From NCBI GenBank assembly GCA_963924565.1, contig OZ004613.1, positions 6,634,001 through 6,698,000 of the forward strand: a stretch of DNA of 64,000 nt, written 5' to 3'. Below, one piece after another: positions 38,032 to 51,936 of this stretch. The notes below the pieces were generated by a model. That model saw nothing but the letters and a program-made list of their open reading frames with translations, was not told the origin of the DNA and did not search any database. The stretch comes from Ascidiella aspersa (taxonomy: Eukaryota). Both the position numbers and the translations under genes were made by a program. Position 1 is the first letter of the stretch, and each line of letters begins with the position of its first letter.

Positions 38032-38739
38032 TGTTACGACTTTACTAGTAATTCTAGAAAATTACCTAGGCCTCCTGTAAAGTCGCTGTGAGTTCTTATT
38101 TTCGGGCAATAAATAACCTACCAAAGAGAACTTATATTAAAAACCACAACAAGAAAACCTAATGTACAGATGTATTGGTTGCAAGAGTAGAATATTACCA
38201 CACCACAAACAATAATGACACTTAGACACACACAATTACTTACAAAAGCGACAGACTGAGCATAATGAAACTTAAAGTTTTACTCGCTAATTTCACAAGG
38301 CTACACCCAGACGTCTCTCCCCTGTGTAGGCGGTGAGCCGCTCGTAATATACGCTAAAACAAAACTCCTTTTCACGGGAACCGACGCGCTCCCGGAAACC
38401 CCAGGCCCGCCTTCGGTCGTTTCGTGGAAAGATAACATTGGGCGGACCTTTTAGTAAGAAGTTAAACCGCGCCGGAAAACAAGTGATAAATAATCGTGAG
38501 ATTTGCAGAAATGTTTGGAGACAGGAAAAAACATGTCTAAAGTCCAATTAACGGCGAACACCACAGCGCACAAGAATATTACATTAATATACAATTATAC
38601 ATGTCTCGAAATGCGAAAACCTAATTCCTAGCCCTACATTTAAAAACAAAGGCGCAAAATTAATAACGAATGTTAGAATTTACAGTCGGCGTAATTAGCG
38701 ACCGGTGATAATTTTGTAGTGCTAATTAAGCACGTAACA
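38032..38739. mobile_element. Solo LTR, 708 bp
   Basis: Termini TGTTACG...CGTAACA flanked by perfect 5-bp TSD GTGAT; no internal coding sequence. Confidence 0.85.
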
Positions 38740-39038
38740 GTGATAGTAAGTCTAGTGCAAAATCAATATTACCAGGTTCTGCCATTGCAGAAACAGTCGT
38801 GTTGTCAACCGCCTAACATCGGCCAAAACAGCTTTCTCTTAAATGTCCAACATTTGAAAGGTAACTTTAATAGTTGCATTTTACACAAAGTTTGGTAATA
38901 CTTTTATTTGGCTATGTGGGTATTAGTTTGGCGATATATACTTTATTACAATGAAATATTTATAGCAAGTTAAATATTAGAGTGTCAAAACTAACAAAGG
39001 CAATGCAGCTTTTCAGTACATTTTAATTGGAGAAACAT

Positions 39039-39616
39039 TCAAGCGCTTAAACCACCAGATACTTGAAGTACGGCTCTATTAATGTAAGAACTTTCATCGC
39101 TTGCCAGGAATAAACAAGCATTAGCAACTTCAATCGGCTTTCCAAGGCGCCTCATTGGAATCATCGCCTTTAACGTCTCAAACTGTTCCTTTTGGGTGTC
39201 GCTTATAAAAGCTGTGTTAATTGCACCTGGCGTTAGCGCATTGCACCTGACACCGTATTTTCCCACCTCAATGCACGCCTAAAAGTTGATTGAAGGAAGC
39301 CAGGGTTTTGTCGATGATCGAAGACATAGATGCAATGCCGGCGCAGTTAACTAGGACCTCTCAATTCATTGAGAGATCTCTAAAAAGCCTAAGACGCAGA
39401 ACTTTCTATAGCAACGTCTCATTGAAACTTCGCCACACAGCCTTCATATTTGGCACTCAATTTCTCGTACATATCCTCAAGAGTTTCAGCATTCAAATCC
39501 ACCATCATGACCTTGGAACCTTCGGCCAGAAAGCGTTCGCAAATAGCTTCCCCGATGCCCCCTGCGGCTCCAGTGACAATCGCCACTTTACCGTTTAACC
39601 TACCAACTTGCGTCAT
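39039..39616 (-). pseudogene. HSD17B8-like SDR pseudogene
   Basis: Premature TGA after AKFQ, further stops, and an internal deletion near 39280 removing the catalytic Ser and YxxxK. Confidence 0.88.
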
Positions 39617-40597
39617 TTTAATCCTATAACATAAGCATTGCATAAAAAGAATCACAATCAAAATAGGTGCCTTTAAATTTAGTCTATGAATAATATGTTG
39701 CTGTTCTAATACCGCATTCTAGTAAGCATTAAGTGCAGAGACCCTTGTTGGTCAGAAGTAAATGAATTGTAAATATAAGTTGCGACATTTTTAACCTGCC
39801 CATTAGATCCTGAAATCTAAAAATTTGATTGCCGAAAAACCTTCACAGAGTAACTGCGATTTTGTTGCACTTAGGCCGCCTTGCGTAGTTTAAAAAACAC
39901 CGTCAGCTGAGCAAAACTTGCTGATGACCTTTACTATCATGGACGAGTGGTTTAAGTTAAAATCCTTGTCTTTTCATAGAGTTTGGAGAGAGAATCCGAC
40001 CATTGCAAAAATGTGTTGACGTTCCTATGTTGTTCTGGCGCTTTTTCCAAGATATATTATTTTACGTATTTTTTTTACTAGTATTTGAAGAATGGTAAGC
40101 TTGGCTTGAAAATTTACGTAATGTTTTACGTTTACCAATTTTAAAAGTTTATTGTTTCATTTAAATATATGTGATTTGACTTAATAATGTCCTGGACTCG
40201 ACATGTTTTTAATTTGAATACTTGACTTGGACTAAATTATATCAACAAAACTTGTTTACAACACTGCTGTTTGCTGCACATAAGCCTTATGTATGTTTAA
40301 AAATGTTCTGCCTGCATTGTGCATCACAAAAAAGGGCGCCACTTTGCTAAAGAAAACGCTTTGTTTTTTCTGACTCTTGTTTGTATTACCAAACGAACAG
40401 TGGGACAAAGCACAGGTCAATTTTCACCAATTAACATTAGTGGATAGATAGATGGCAGTTATTTGAGTGAACTGAAGCGTTTAAATACAGCATAATTAAC
40501 CAGGAACAATGTTCAGCTAGTTTTAGCAACTACAATATAATTATTGTGGTTACGCCTGATTTCCTATACAAAAACTGCTTTAGATCGATTTTTAGAT

Positions 40598-41368
40598 TCA
40601 CGCCAGTAAACCACCAGATACTTGAAGCACAGCTCCATTGAAGTATGAGCTTTCATCGCTTGCCAGGAACAAACAAGCATCAGCAACTTCGACGGGTTTT
40701 CCCTTACGCCCCATCGGAATCATTTTGTTTAATTCTTCAAACAAATCCGGGTCGATATTGTTGAGAATCGCTGTGTTAATCAAACCGGGCGCAAGAGCAT
40801 TGCACCTGACACCGAACTTTCCCACCTCCATGCACGTGGTCTTCGTGAAAGCAATCACCCCGGCTTTAGCAGCAGCGTAGCTCGCGCCATATTGGAATCC
40901 TTGGGCCGCTATACTTGCGAGGTTTATGATACTTGCTCCATCTCCGTTGTTGTTCTCTCCAAGCTCGAGGCGCCGAAGAAACTCCTTCGTGAAAAGGAAG
41001 ACGGCATTCAGGTTGACAGCAACTACTTCATTGAACGAAGCCAGGGTTGATTCTTCGATCGAACCTAAATGCAAGATACCAGCACAGTTGACCAGAATAC
41101 TACATTTCTGTTCGAACTGGGATTGTGCGCTTGAAAAAGCTTCGGACGCAGAATTTTCTTCGGTTACGTCGCATTGAAACATCGCCACTTTGCCTTGATA
41201 TTTGGCACTCAACTTTTCGTAGGTATCTTTGAGACTTTTCGGATTCAAATCCACCAACATGACTTTGGCGCCTTCGGCCAGAAAGCGTTCGCAAGTAGCT
41301 TCACCGATGCCCCCTGCGGCTCCATGGACAATGGCCAATTTACCTTGTAACTTACCGACCTGCGTCAT
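40598..41368 (-). CDS. HSD17B8-like SDR, intact, 256 aa, NAD-type (MLVDL), with HG in place of TG
   Basis: HGAAGGIG, NCAG, NLAS, YAAAK; TTTCAG acceptor 7 nt before the ATG. Confidence 0.88.
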   Translation of the reverse strand: MTQVGKLQGKLAIVHGAAGGIGEATCERFLAEGAKVMLVDLNPKSLKDTYEKLSAKYQGKVAMFQCDVTEENSASEAFSSAQSQFEQKCSILVNCAGILHLGSIEESTLASFNEVVAVNLNAVFLFTKEFLRRLELGENNNGDGASIINLASIAAQGFQYGASYAAAKAGVIAFTKTTCMEVGKFGVRCNALAPGLINTAILNNIDPDLFEELNKMIPMGRKGKPVEVADACLFLASDESSYFNGAVLQVSGGLLA

Positions 41369-42692
41369 TTTAGATCTGAAACACATAAACGAGTTAAAAA
41401 AAAGTATCAACACTTCGCTAATTTTATTCTCTAAATAAACCTCTCATTTAAATTCCGACTTATAATTTCAACACAATCTTTTTAATGCTGCCCCAAAATA
41501 AATGTTTGTGTTAACCAAAAAAAGCGCTTAATTTTACAAAATAGAGCGCGAATTGCAAGGTTGCAAACAAGTCAATTTGAAATGACTTAAATCACTGTAA
41601 AGCCATTCATAAAATAACTTCGGTCCAAGTCAAATATTTTCGAATAAGTACCGAGTCAAGTCCAAGTCCAAGTCAAGTTTAAATTAGAGCAAGCTAACTT
41701 CAAGTCAAGTCTCTGTATTAAACTTATTACGTTAACTGACAAACTCCCCTGATTATAAGCAATACCTATAGAGTAACGTAACGTTTGGCAAAGAAATTGT
41801 TTTGTGTGCAACAATTAAGATAAATAACCCAATTCAAAAAAAGCATTTCAACTCAAGTCATTTGTCTTAAAGACTTAAGTCAAGTCAAGTCATACTTAAG
41901 TCATTGCAACACAGGCGAATTGATTGCCAATGTTTCCTAGCAAACCAGATGAAGCAAATGCATTGGACGCAGCTGTGTAAACTAAAATTCGTGAATGATA
42001 CCTCTTTAACAACTTGCCTATTAAGCTAAACCTTGATTGACACGTGTAAAGCAACATGCCTGACAAGAAAAATCGTGAATGTCAAGGGTAAGACATGACG
42101 AGGCTACATGTTTACATACTAAATCATTCAGAATCACGTCCTAAGTTCCGCAACAAAGCGCGTTTGAAGTTTCATTTTAGACCTCGTTTTTACATAGGGA
42201 TAAATCATCAGTGATACGCGCTCATACCCCAAGCCTTAAATTTGCAGAAATTATACCAATATAAGGCTAGGATTACACATTTAATGTTTAGTAAACACTA
42301 TACATAATGTATGCCTCGAGCTTGTAGCGTGTGAAATATGTCCACTCTGTTTTCCAGCGGAAACGTGTCATTTAGCTCAGCCGGACGTTTTGGTTATAAA
42401 TGGTGTGCTTAAAAGTTTCTAAAATTTTTCCGTTACTTCAGAAACAAAGCGAGTGGCAAAAACAAAGCGCAAAAACTCCAAAAAAAACAACACATTTGAA
42501 TTAACGCAATACAATAAATATTCCATTACATGTGATTATTCATTAGTTATTGCTTGTGATGCTGCAGCTTTATATAGTTCATGTCCAATTCGGTAGTCAT
42601 ATCTTAATTATTAGCTATACAGTTTCTTAGTTAGGCTCCCGGTAAAGATGGAATTAAAACAAAAGCGCCGCTAAATAGTTTTGGTATACAGT

Positions 42693-43009
42693 AAGGGGTC
42701 CTTTAACTTTTCTCACCGCGGACCCCGAGAAATTTTTTTGGCTACGCGTGGACCACCATAGGCAAAAAAATTACGATATAAAATGACGTCACAATACAAA
42801 TAAACTTCATAAATCTGTTGATTTTTATCCAAAATATGTGAAAGTAAAATGGAGTCTAAATACAGTCAGTGCAAAACCGTTTTGTTTTTAATTAAACTGT
42901 TTTCTTTGAAAATTTATTACTCAAAAAAAAAAAAAAGCTTTCATGAACCTCCCTAAAACTAGTTCACGGAGCCCCAAGGGGTCCATGGACCCTACTTTAA
43001 GAACCCCTG
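42693..43009. mobile_element. GGACCCC-type MITE; inverted relative at about 49105-49414, remnant at about 6900-7140
   Basis: Ends AGGGGTCCTTTAA / TTAAGAACCCCTG; internal sequence matches the reverse complement of 49110-49410. Confidence 0.65.
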
Positions 43010-43589
43010 CTTTATATGCACGGATTTTATATTGCAATACTGTAAAGTTTTTGAACTGTTTTTCTATTGCGACCCATATCATATTTCGTAGTTAATATAA
43101 TATACGGACCGGCTTCTAGCAAATTCAACTTAAGCAAACGTAGAAACAAACTGCCGAGTCTTAGGTTATTTGACCCTCTAGGCAGATTTATTCAAAACTT
43201 CAGCACGATTTACCCTTTTAAACAGGTTTCGGCATATTTTTAGTGTAAACCATCCAAACCTGTCGAAGACTTAAAAGTAAGAATCGTAATACCGGGTTCT
43301 CAATAGGGTTGTCAAACAGAGTACTGAGCTTTATAAGCAAGTGCAGTATAATATTGCCATGTTGTATAGTAGAACGGTGCGCGTTGCGGATTTTCTCTTT
43401 CCTAGGAAAATATAATATATAGGCTGGCTTACAAATATATTTTGGTATAATAACTTTATTTGGCTATATGTGGTTCTTGGGTTGGCGTTATGTACATTAT
43501 TGTAAAGAAATATTAATAACAATTTAAATATAACTACATCAAAACAAACACAAATGTTGCTTAAAAGTAAATGTTCATTCGAGAAATTT

Positions 43590-44328
43590 TCACGCGCTCA
43601 TACTACCTTGAAGAATAGCCCCATTGATGTAAGAGCTTTCATCGCTTGCCAGGAACAAACAAGTATAAGCAACTTCGACAGGCTTGCCAATGCGACCCAA
43701 TGGAATCAAAGGAATGCATCCCCCGATTATTGCCGGATCTACATCTTGTAGAAGCGGAGCATCAATATATGAGGGTGTGAGTGCATTGCACCTGACACCG
43801 AACCTTCCCACTTCGATGCACGTCGTCTTTGCAAAGAGCAGACGCATTATCCAATCCTGTTTTCGCCGCCAAACTGGCGATGTTAACGATACTTGCTCCT
43901 GTTGCATCCTTGTTCTCACAAAGCTTAAGTCGTTGGAGAAACTCTCTCGTGAGAAGGAAGACGCTAGTCAAGTTGAAGTCAATCGTATGATCGAAGGCAG
44001 ATGAGGTCTCGTCCACGATCGATGACGGAACCCCTATTCCAGCGCAGTTGACTAGAACATTGCAAGTTTGTCCAAACCGAGAATGTGTGCTTGCCAAAGC
44101 ATCGGAAGCTGATTTTTCTTTAGATACATCGCATTGAATAATCGCCACATTTCCTTTGTATTTGGAATCAAGTTTTTGGAAGGCGGCTTCAAGATTTTCT
44201 TGATTGCAATCCACCATCATGACTTTAGAACCTTTGGCCAGAAAGCGTTCACAAATAACTTTCCCGATGCCACCTCCGGCTCCAGTAACAATGGCCACTT
44301 TACCGTTTAATCTACCAACTTGCGACAT
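43590..44328 (-). pseudogene. HSD17B8-like SDR pseudogene
   Basis: Frameshifting deletion near 43832 removes YxxxK-AG; N- and C-terminal halves lie in different frames. Confidence 0.88.
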
Positions 44329-45687
44329 TCTTAACCTGAAAAACAAAAGCACATTGCCGACAAGCTTGCCAAAAAAGTTTTTATGGTGTCGTCGTACTAT
44401 TGCTTACGTTGTGTACTAACTACTCCTGCGCTGCTGCTTTTAAGCCACAAAAGGCCCAAACCGGCCAAAGTAACGGACTCCATCGATTACCGTGACCGGC
44501 TACGCCTTTGTAGCTCTTTATTCCACCCATTCCCGTCACAAACAGGGTGGAAACTGCAATCCACTCATAGGGTTGTAATGCAGCTGAGCCAACATACGGC
44601 CCGCAACCTACTTTACAAACGGGACACGAAGCCATTTCTCATATTTTTTGGCTATTTCAGCTATACTTTTTTTCTAGTGTGAATTGCAATGTACAGTAGT
44701 TCTATCCCTGATTAACAGTCATTGGGGTTGTTATAAGATGCGTAAAGTCTACACAGTTAAAATTTGACCGGCACAGGCATTTCCGAATTACGTTTTGTCC
44801 CGCGACTAGAAAAATGTTGCCCACTCCTGTTTTGCGAGTGTCTTGTTGGTTCAAACGTGCTACGGCATAATCGCACACCGAACATAAGACTCCTAGGATT
44901 CTCACTGCAGTCCCGAGTCCAACTTAAGTGTCCCTTAATCCGGTTTCTAACCCACAACCCCTGTACTTCTATTAAAAGTCTATTATAGTAGACTTGAAAA
45001 ATATTAAATTTGAAAATATATTTCTTAACATTTTTTAGTTTATCGGACAAAGTTTTTGGTCTGTCCTACTTACATGCCTTTAAAAGTCAGGGTATGACGC
45101 ATAGCAGTACATTTCTATTTTCCTGGCTTCTTATACTAACTGCCTATTATTCTCCTTTTTTTTGCATATAGGCCTACTAACAATAGAAACATCACTAAAG
45201 CGATAAATTCCCTTTACAGTCGGTGCAAGTCTGGCATAGAACATGGCTGTGATGTACGTTTACTGAGCAGCACTCTTTGCAAAACAGTTGATATTAATTT
45301 AATGTCTCGTTTACCCGTGCCCTAGTGTCAGGCAATGTGGCATTACCTCCGAAGTATTCAATCGTTAGCAGAGCTATTACTACAACACGGTTGCTCGACC
45401 CTAGTCTAAGGCGAAAATGACAAACACGATTCGCATGTTCGATCACGTTTAGTAATTTAACTGAATAAAAATCTATATCGGCTCGATGATCACATTTATT
45501 GCTAGAACAACAAACAATAATGATTAGGAAAAAAGGTCGAGTAGATCGACATTATGTTGATTAGGAAGAATTTGATATGTTTTCCATATCAAGACTGTAT
45601 ATCCCCGATTTACACGTTGACATCTTCTCAACACTGCACCTGTTCAACACCTGACTGTACTAATTAATGCTCCGGCTATATATCACA

Positions 45688-45727
45688 CTAACTGAAGATC
45701 ATAAAAATTCGTATCGAAACGTCTTAA
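45688..45727 (+). ncRNA. Degenerate hammerhead-like motif
   Basis: CTGAAGA-T-CATA..TATC-GAAACGTC; closing pair of stem II broken. Confidence 0.35.
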
Positions 45728-45752
45728 TCAAGGCGAAAAGCGAGGTTTACGC

Positions 45753-46373
45753 CAGTGGTCGGCAACCGCCGGTCCGCGAGGAGTTCGTTACCGGTCCGTA
45801 GCAATGTTACCAGATTAAAACTTTAATTTAAACCCAAGCCGTACGTAAAATGCTAAAAAACTAAGATATAAGTCAAAAACAGTTAAATGTAGTTTTCTAT
45901 TCAAAACACATTAACTTTCGTTTAAACATAGGCTACTCCATGGTTTTGATAAAAAATCTCAACTATAGTATTAAGCACTCGCGAGGTTAAAAACAAACCA
46001 GTGTGCTGTTGCCATATGCAGGTTTTTTTCTAAGGTTTGGTTTGGGTGACCGCTAAGTAGTTTTAAGAGACCGCAAGTGTTTCATTTAAATACCAAAAAG
46101 TTGCAAGTCTTAAATTTGAGAAACCGCTGGAAAAACTTTTTCAAAACACCTTAAAAAAAACACTGGCCATATGAGATGCATTGCAAAATGATTTGTTATT
46201 TTACTGTTCAGGCAGGAAAGTTTGAGAAACAAACGTATGCATTTTAATAATTTTATTGAAAAAAGGTTGTAATAAATCACCTTTAATGAACATTTGTTGT
46301 TTTTTCAAGCCGTTCCGCGAAAAATTGTTAATTTTAAACCAGTCCGCAGGACCAAAAAGGTTGCCGAACCCTG
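45753..46373. mobile_element. hAT-type MITE, 621 bp
   Basis: TIR CAGTGGTCGGCAACC / GGTTGCCGAACCCTG; flanks GTTTACGC / GTCTACAC (6/8). Confidence 0.75.
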
Positions 46374-46464
46374 GTCTACACTACACCTTTGTCTCTGCAA
46401 TTCATTAATAAGCTAAATTGCAGATCAGTGCGTAGTTAGAATAAGCAAAAATATACGGCCGGAG

Positions 46465-47530
46465 GGTCATGGCGACGTGTGCACTCTCAGTTTGGACAGC
46501 ATTGTAATGTTTTACTAAATTATGCCGCTGTTGTACACGTGTCTCCAATTGTCGAAACAACCTTGGATTTGTTCGAATATAGGTATTGGACGTCAACCTG
46601 TCTGGCTTTTTTAAATTTAGAAGCGAGTTTATTCGTCTACTGGTCAGACTTGGACAACTAGATAACTCCAGGTTTATAATTCATAGAGTTACATCAAAAT
46701 GAGGCTAATTCTTATTCTAATCTAATTTGTGAATTGCCTGTTTGCTCTAATTCTAGTTCTAATCCAATTCGAATTTTACCAAAAATGCTGCTTTGTCTTA
46801 CGGCTATTTTAGTCTCTCAGTTAAAAAACAGAATTTCAATTGAAACTCTTTGGTTTGAACGACTTGTAATGTAATTTTTACAGTCTAAAAAGACGAAAAA
46901 AGCATAAAAATTTGCACACACATCTTTACCATTCACTTTGTTATAAGAATAAATTGCGATTAAATTTAATTAATTGTAAATGATTAAATGTGATTCTATC
47001 TCAAATTCTAGTTTAAATTTTATTTTTTTAGGAATTCGGTAATTCTAATTCTAATCTAATTTAAGAAAACTCATAACGATCTAATTCTAACTCTAATTTA
47101 ATTTGGAGAAACTAAAAATCTCTAATCTAATTTTAAAAGCTAAAATAAATATAGTTGTCCATGTCTGCTGCTGGTGCTTTATGAAAACACGGATGTAAAA
47201 AAAGCAAAAATCGGTATGGCGGGCCGAAGGGGGTTAAAATATGGCTTCACCTATGCTGCTTCGAAAAGTTAAGTTATTGCCTTCACAAAGACGACGTGCA
47301 TTGAGATGGGAGAGCTTGGCGTAAGATGCAATGCGGTTTTGCAAGACCCAACTAATACTTCAATGTTGAATGCTCTTGGAAGTTCGTTTCTAGACGCACT
47401 ATGAAGCCAACTATTATAATGGGGCGCCTTGGAAAGCTTGTCGGAGTCGCAAATGATTGTTTGTCCCTGGCAAGTGATGAAACTCTTACGTCAGTGGGCG
47501 ACACTTCTAGGATCTGGTGGTTTAATGACA
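46465..47530 (+). pseudogene. Degraded SDR pseudogene split by a MITE
   Basis: SQFGQHCNVLLNYAAVVHVSPIVETT before the insertion; YAASK, FTKTTCIEMG and CLSLASDE after it; multiple stops and indels. Confidence 0.82.
46645..47167. mobile_element. hAT-type MITE with TCTAAT internal repeats
   Basis: 16-bp TIR CAGACTTGGACAACTA (1 mismatch), 8-bp TSD CTACTGGT / CTGCTGGT. Confidence 0.85.
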
Positions 47531-47566
47531 TAAAAAAAAAGTCTACACAAAACCAATGAATGCTGA

Positions 47567-48112
47567 ACCGCGCCGTTCTTTAATTTTGCGTTATTACCAA
47601 CTGTTTCGTTGTTTTGAATATTACGAACAAACAAAACATCCCCACTTGAAAGTCGCGAAAGGCTGTACGCCATGTATTTTACCACGTTACTTGTTTTAGA
47701 CATTCAACAGAATGATTTGATTTACTGCTAGAATGGAAGGATGCAGCGAGATTTTTTTGCCGGAATGTAAAGCTGTAAAATGCAATTCAAGTTATGATGG
47801 GCGTTTTTTAAATTTAACACGTAGATCGTGAAAGAATTTATACTGACCGCGCCGTTCTTTAATTTTGCCTTGTTACCAACAGTTCGGTTGTTTGTATTAT
47901 TACAGCACGATGTGCGCCGCAACAAACAAAATATACCCACTGGAAAATTGCTGAAGGCTGTACGCCTTGTATTTTACCACGTTAAGTGATTTAAACATGC
48001 ATAGAACGGAAGGATATAGTATTGTAGTCTTAGCGAGACTATTTTGGTAGAATGTAAAGGTGTGAAATTCAATTCAAGTTATGACAAAAGGCTTTGAAAT
48101 TTAACACGTAGA
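47567..48112. repeat. About 279-bp imperfect tandem duplication
   Basis: ACCGCGCCGTTCTTTAATTTTGC at 47567 and 47846; AAATTTAACACGTAGA at about 47810 and 48097. Confidence 0.8.
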
Positions 48113-50658
48113 GGTAATGTACCCTGTTGCAGTCGTAAACGTAGGTCTACATGGATGGGTAACACTGTAAGTGTATCATTTTGTGCTAATGAGGCTATTG
48201 TTGAAGAAATGTCGATTTAAGTATGGCGAGAATAAGTTGAACATTTGTTTTGCTATCAACTAGTGCGCCTTGGTTCACAACCAATTGCAATTACTTGAAA
48301 ACACTGGAAAAGTGTTTATTTAATGCTTTAAGTTATCATACGTACGTTATCATAGTATAAATTCTGCAAAGATCGACAAGTTGTTTTAATTTGCGAAGTA
48401 ATTTGATGTAAACGTGTTCTAAGCTTGATAAATAAGAGTAATATGGTGAAACTGTTAACATATACACTACGACATTGTGTTTGTAACCATGGCGCACAGG
48501 CATAACTCATTTATTTACGCAAATGGGACAACATTTACTATATAGCACCCATAGCGCAAAAAGATGCACCACAGGCAGGTAATGGGTTCTGGGCCAATCC
48601 AACCCAAAAGATCTCTGTGCAAAATGTCAACAAATTGGGAAAAATTTCATAATTTAAATTAAAAAAAAATGTATTAGAATGTTTAGTATAAAAAATAGTA
48701 CAAAAACAAACAAGTTGGTGACAACGAAATGATGTGACTTACATTTGGCAAATGACTTAAAAAAATTAAAAGTTTGGCAAATTAGAGGTAGCGCTGTTTA
48801 ATGTACACTAATAGTGTAGGGTTATTTGATGTCAGATGGTTAATGCTTTCGCACTTATACGTGAATACGTCTGTGTTATTTGCAAATACTGCGTTGTTGC
48901 AGATTTATTTGTTATACGCATTCCGCGCCGAAGCAACGCTAACTTACACCATAGTGTTACATCTTAATTGGCATTTCGTTTTCGCTTCATAAGCCACTGG
49001 GATTGGACCTCGAACTAGCTCCTTTCGGGACTTTTTAGAGTTACTTACGGACTATTGTATCTTAACGTGGCCCACATAGAACGCCTTCTTAGCTATCGAT
49101 TTGTTTGACCCCTTGGGGGTCCGTGAACTAGTTTTAGGGGGTCCATCAACGCCTAATTGAAATATTAGTGTATATTTTAGAAGTAAATCAATTTATCAAA
49201 GAGAACAATTTAATTAAAAATAGAAAGGTTTTGCACTGACTGTAATAAGACTTCATTTCACTTCCACATTTTTGGACCGAAATCAGCAGATTTAAGTCTA
49301 TTTGTATTGTGAGGTAAATTTATGACGTTATTTTTAAATTTTTTTGGCCTAGCATGGTCCGCGCGAGCTCCAAACAAATTTTAGGGGTCCGTGAAAAAAG
49401 TTTAAGAAACCCTGATCTAATACAATTCTAACACCAGAAAGTCTTGTGGCTGGCATGCCAGTTAGATACGCAACTTGAGATTGGAGTCAGAAAGCGTCAA
49501 TCAGAAGCCCTCCTGTTGAACAAACTATTATAAGTTTCATCAAGTAAACTCGTGCCCCACAATAGCACTGGGACCTTAATTGTATTTATGTTGTTTTCCA
49601 AGTTACTTGACGGACACTTAGCTTATTTCAAAATGACTCGGCGACAACACTAAGCTGTTTACATTTAGCATGTTCGGTTAAAATATTTCAAGTTATATCT
49701 GATTTGCGGTAACAGAGTTATTTTAAAACTCTTTACTTTCTAAATAAGTTTGATCGCGAATGAAACCGTTAACCGACTCTCATGTGTCTCTTTAGATAGT
49801 CTACAATTATAACAAAAACTTAAAAAAACAGAATCGTTTGCTTTTAACCGAATGCCTGAGGTTGTAAATTGTTACACTTCAAACGACTAGCATTTTTATG
49901 TGGTGTCGAATAACTGTTATAGCCCATGCAGACAAATAGACGGGAGGTGATCATTTTTTTAGTTTCATTATGTTTATTGTCTTCAGCTTTTTGGATCTTA
50001 TAGGATGTCTATTCTTTGTATTGTAAAGCATACTATTATACTGCGTAACGCCCACACAACGTTATTGTTGGGGTTTTGTTTTTTTCCAATTGCAGCCTAA
50101 GCTCCAAAATCAATCATTTCGAGTTTAGATTACCTTTGTTTGGTTGTGCCCTAAAAGAATTCTCTTCCAGTACCTTTTTCGATTTTTTTCTGCGGAAATT
50201 TTCAAACCGCCGAGAAACGAGATAAAATGCACTTTTAGTCAACCAGTGACATATAATGTCGATAACCTGTTAAATTGTTATAAAGTGCTAGCTATAGCAG
50301 AGCTTATTACGCTTTTTGTACGCAAAAGCACTTAAAGTTTGCCAAAATTTACCTAAGGTAAAATCTGTACATTGGGTAAGAATTACAAGGTTTTTTTAAT
50401 TTAAAGTTTGCACCAGGGTCCGCACATCATGTATTAACAAACAGCTTGATTTAACGACTGTAAAAACAGTTTATCGCTTTTTGCGCGACCTGGTATACCC
50501 TTGTCAATTATTAACACATGTACGCTTGCCAAAACCAGTAATTAAAGACAGAAAATGGTAGATAGGTGATTGCAAACGGAGCAACTCAAAATGACCAAGG
50601 GTAGCTTGACTTTTTTACCAGTTGTTTGTTAGACAATGTTTTTTATTTCAGTTTTAGG

Positions 50659-51077
50659 ATGTCGCAAGTTGGTAGGTTAAACGGGGGGAGTTTCTCAAGA
50701 GGCTTGAACTTGCTGAAAACACGGATTTAACTGGGGCAAACATCATTAACATCTCTAGTTTAGCTGAAAGGCTAGGATTCGAAAATTGCTCGGCCTACGC
50801 CGCTTCTAAAGCAGGGATGATCGCTTTTACAAAGACGACGTGCATTGAGGTGGCAAGGTTCGGTGTCAGGTGCAATGCTGTTTCTCCTGGTGTAATTGAG
50901 ACTTCAATGCTGAACTCTTACGACAGCGCCTTGCTTGATGCTGTCAGACCAATGGTACCAATGGGTCGCTTTGGAAAGCCTGTCGAAGTTGCTAATGCTT
51001 GTTTGTTTCTGGCAAGCGATGAAAGCTCTTACATTAATGGGGCGACTTTAGAAGTATCAGGTGGTTTTAGGGCATGA
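50659..51077 (+). pseudogene. HSD17B8-like SDR with a large internal deletion
   Basis: MSQVGRLNG is joined out of frame to EFLKRLEL; 419 nt versus 774 nt in intact copies; C-terminal half is clean. Confidence 0.88.
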
Positions 51078-51695
51078 CAGCTTTACCAGACAAATAGTAT
51101 TTGCAAATTATTTTCGCATATACTTGCTACCTCGATAATAATTATGCCGCATTTCCATTGCGTATAGCGTTTTGTAATACATTCCAATATTAAACAAGAT
51201 TAACACTTGTAATTATAATGTTTAATGTTGTATGATGTCCAGTGCTTTTGTTTGGAAGTTTTATGCGACACCATTAAACAAACCAGTCACCCTCCTTGCG
51301 CGGGTTTGCATAATATATGTTATTTAGTCCTGCTTAACCAGATTCTTCTTTTTGAAATTCAATCAATCAGGACACCTGTTTTGCTGTTTTTTAAATATGA
51401 CGCTACAAAACAAACAACTAAAGTAAACCCGCCGTGCTGGTCAGACTTATGCGTGAATGATTAACTAAAACTGAGTTTAAAGTCATTCAAGCTTGTCAAG
51501 GTGGCAAAAAGTCGTTTGTCTGGTTTGAATTGACAAAAGCTTCAATTTAGAAGCGAACATGAAACATTGACGCAAAAATGCAAAGCAGGGCTATTTCACA
51601 TAATATAGGTTGTTTTTAGCATTCATGCATTCAAGTTTCAGTTTGGAAAAAGATACATCTTACAAACTAGATAGAAATATCATCAAACCGACAAC

Positions 51696-51936
51696 CAGTG
51701 TTGTAAGCAGGTCGTTTTGAAATTACTTAAGTCCTATTCATGTAATTTGAGAAATAACCTAAGTTCAAATCAAGTCTTTTTAAAAATACAGTAAGTAATG
51801 TCTCAGTCCAAGTCATCAGTTGCCCAAGTTAAGTCCATAAACAATAAGTCAAGTTAAGTCACTTTATCAAAATGACCTAAGTCAAGTCAATTTATTTGAA
51901 AACGGGGACTTAAAAGCAAGTCATATTACAACACTG
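51696..51936. mobile_element. CAAGT-repeat hAT-type MITE
   Basis: TIR CAGTGTTGTAA / TTACAACACTG, perfect 8-bp TSD CCGACAAC; empty homologous site at about 61162-61200 (reverse strand). Confidence 0.88.

Noticed and set aside
44383-45050. GC-richer ORFs such as MASCPVCK...
   Set aside because: No domain similarity or clear splice structure; probably an unclassified repeat whose ends I could not define
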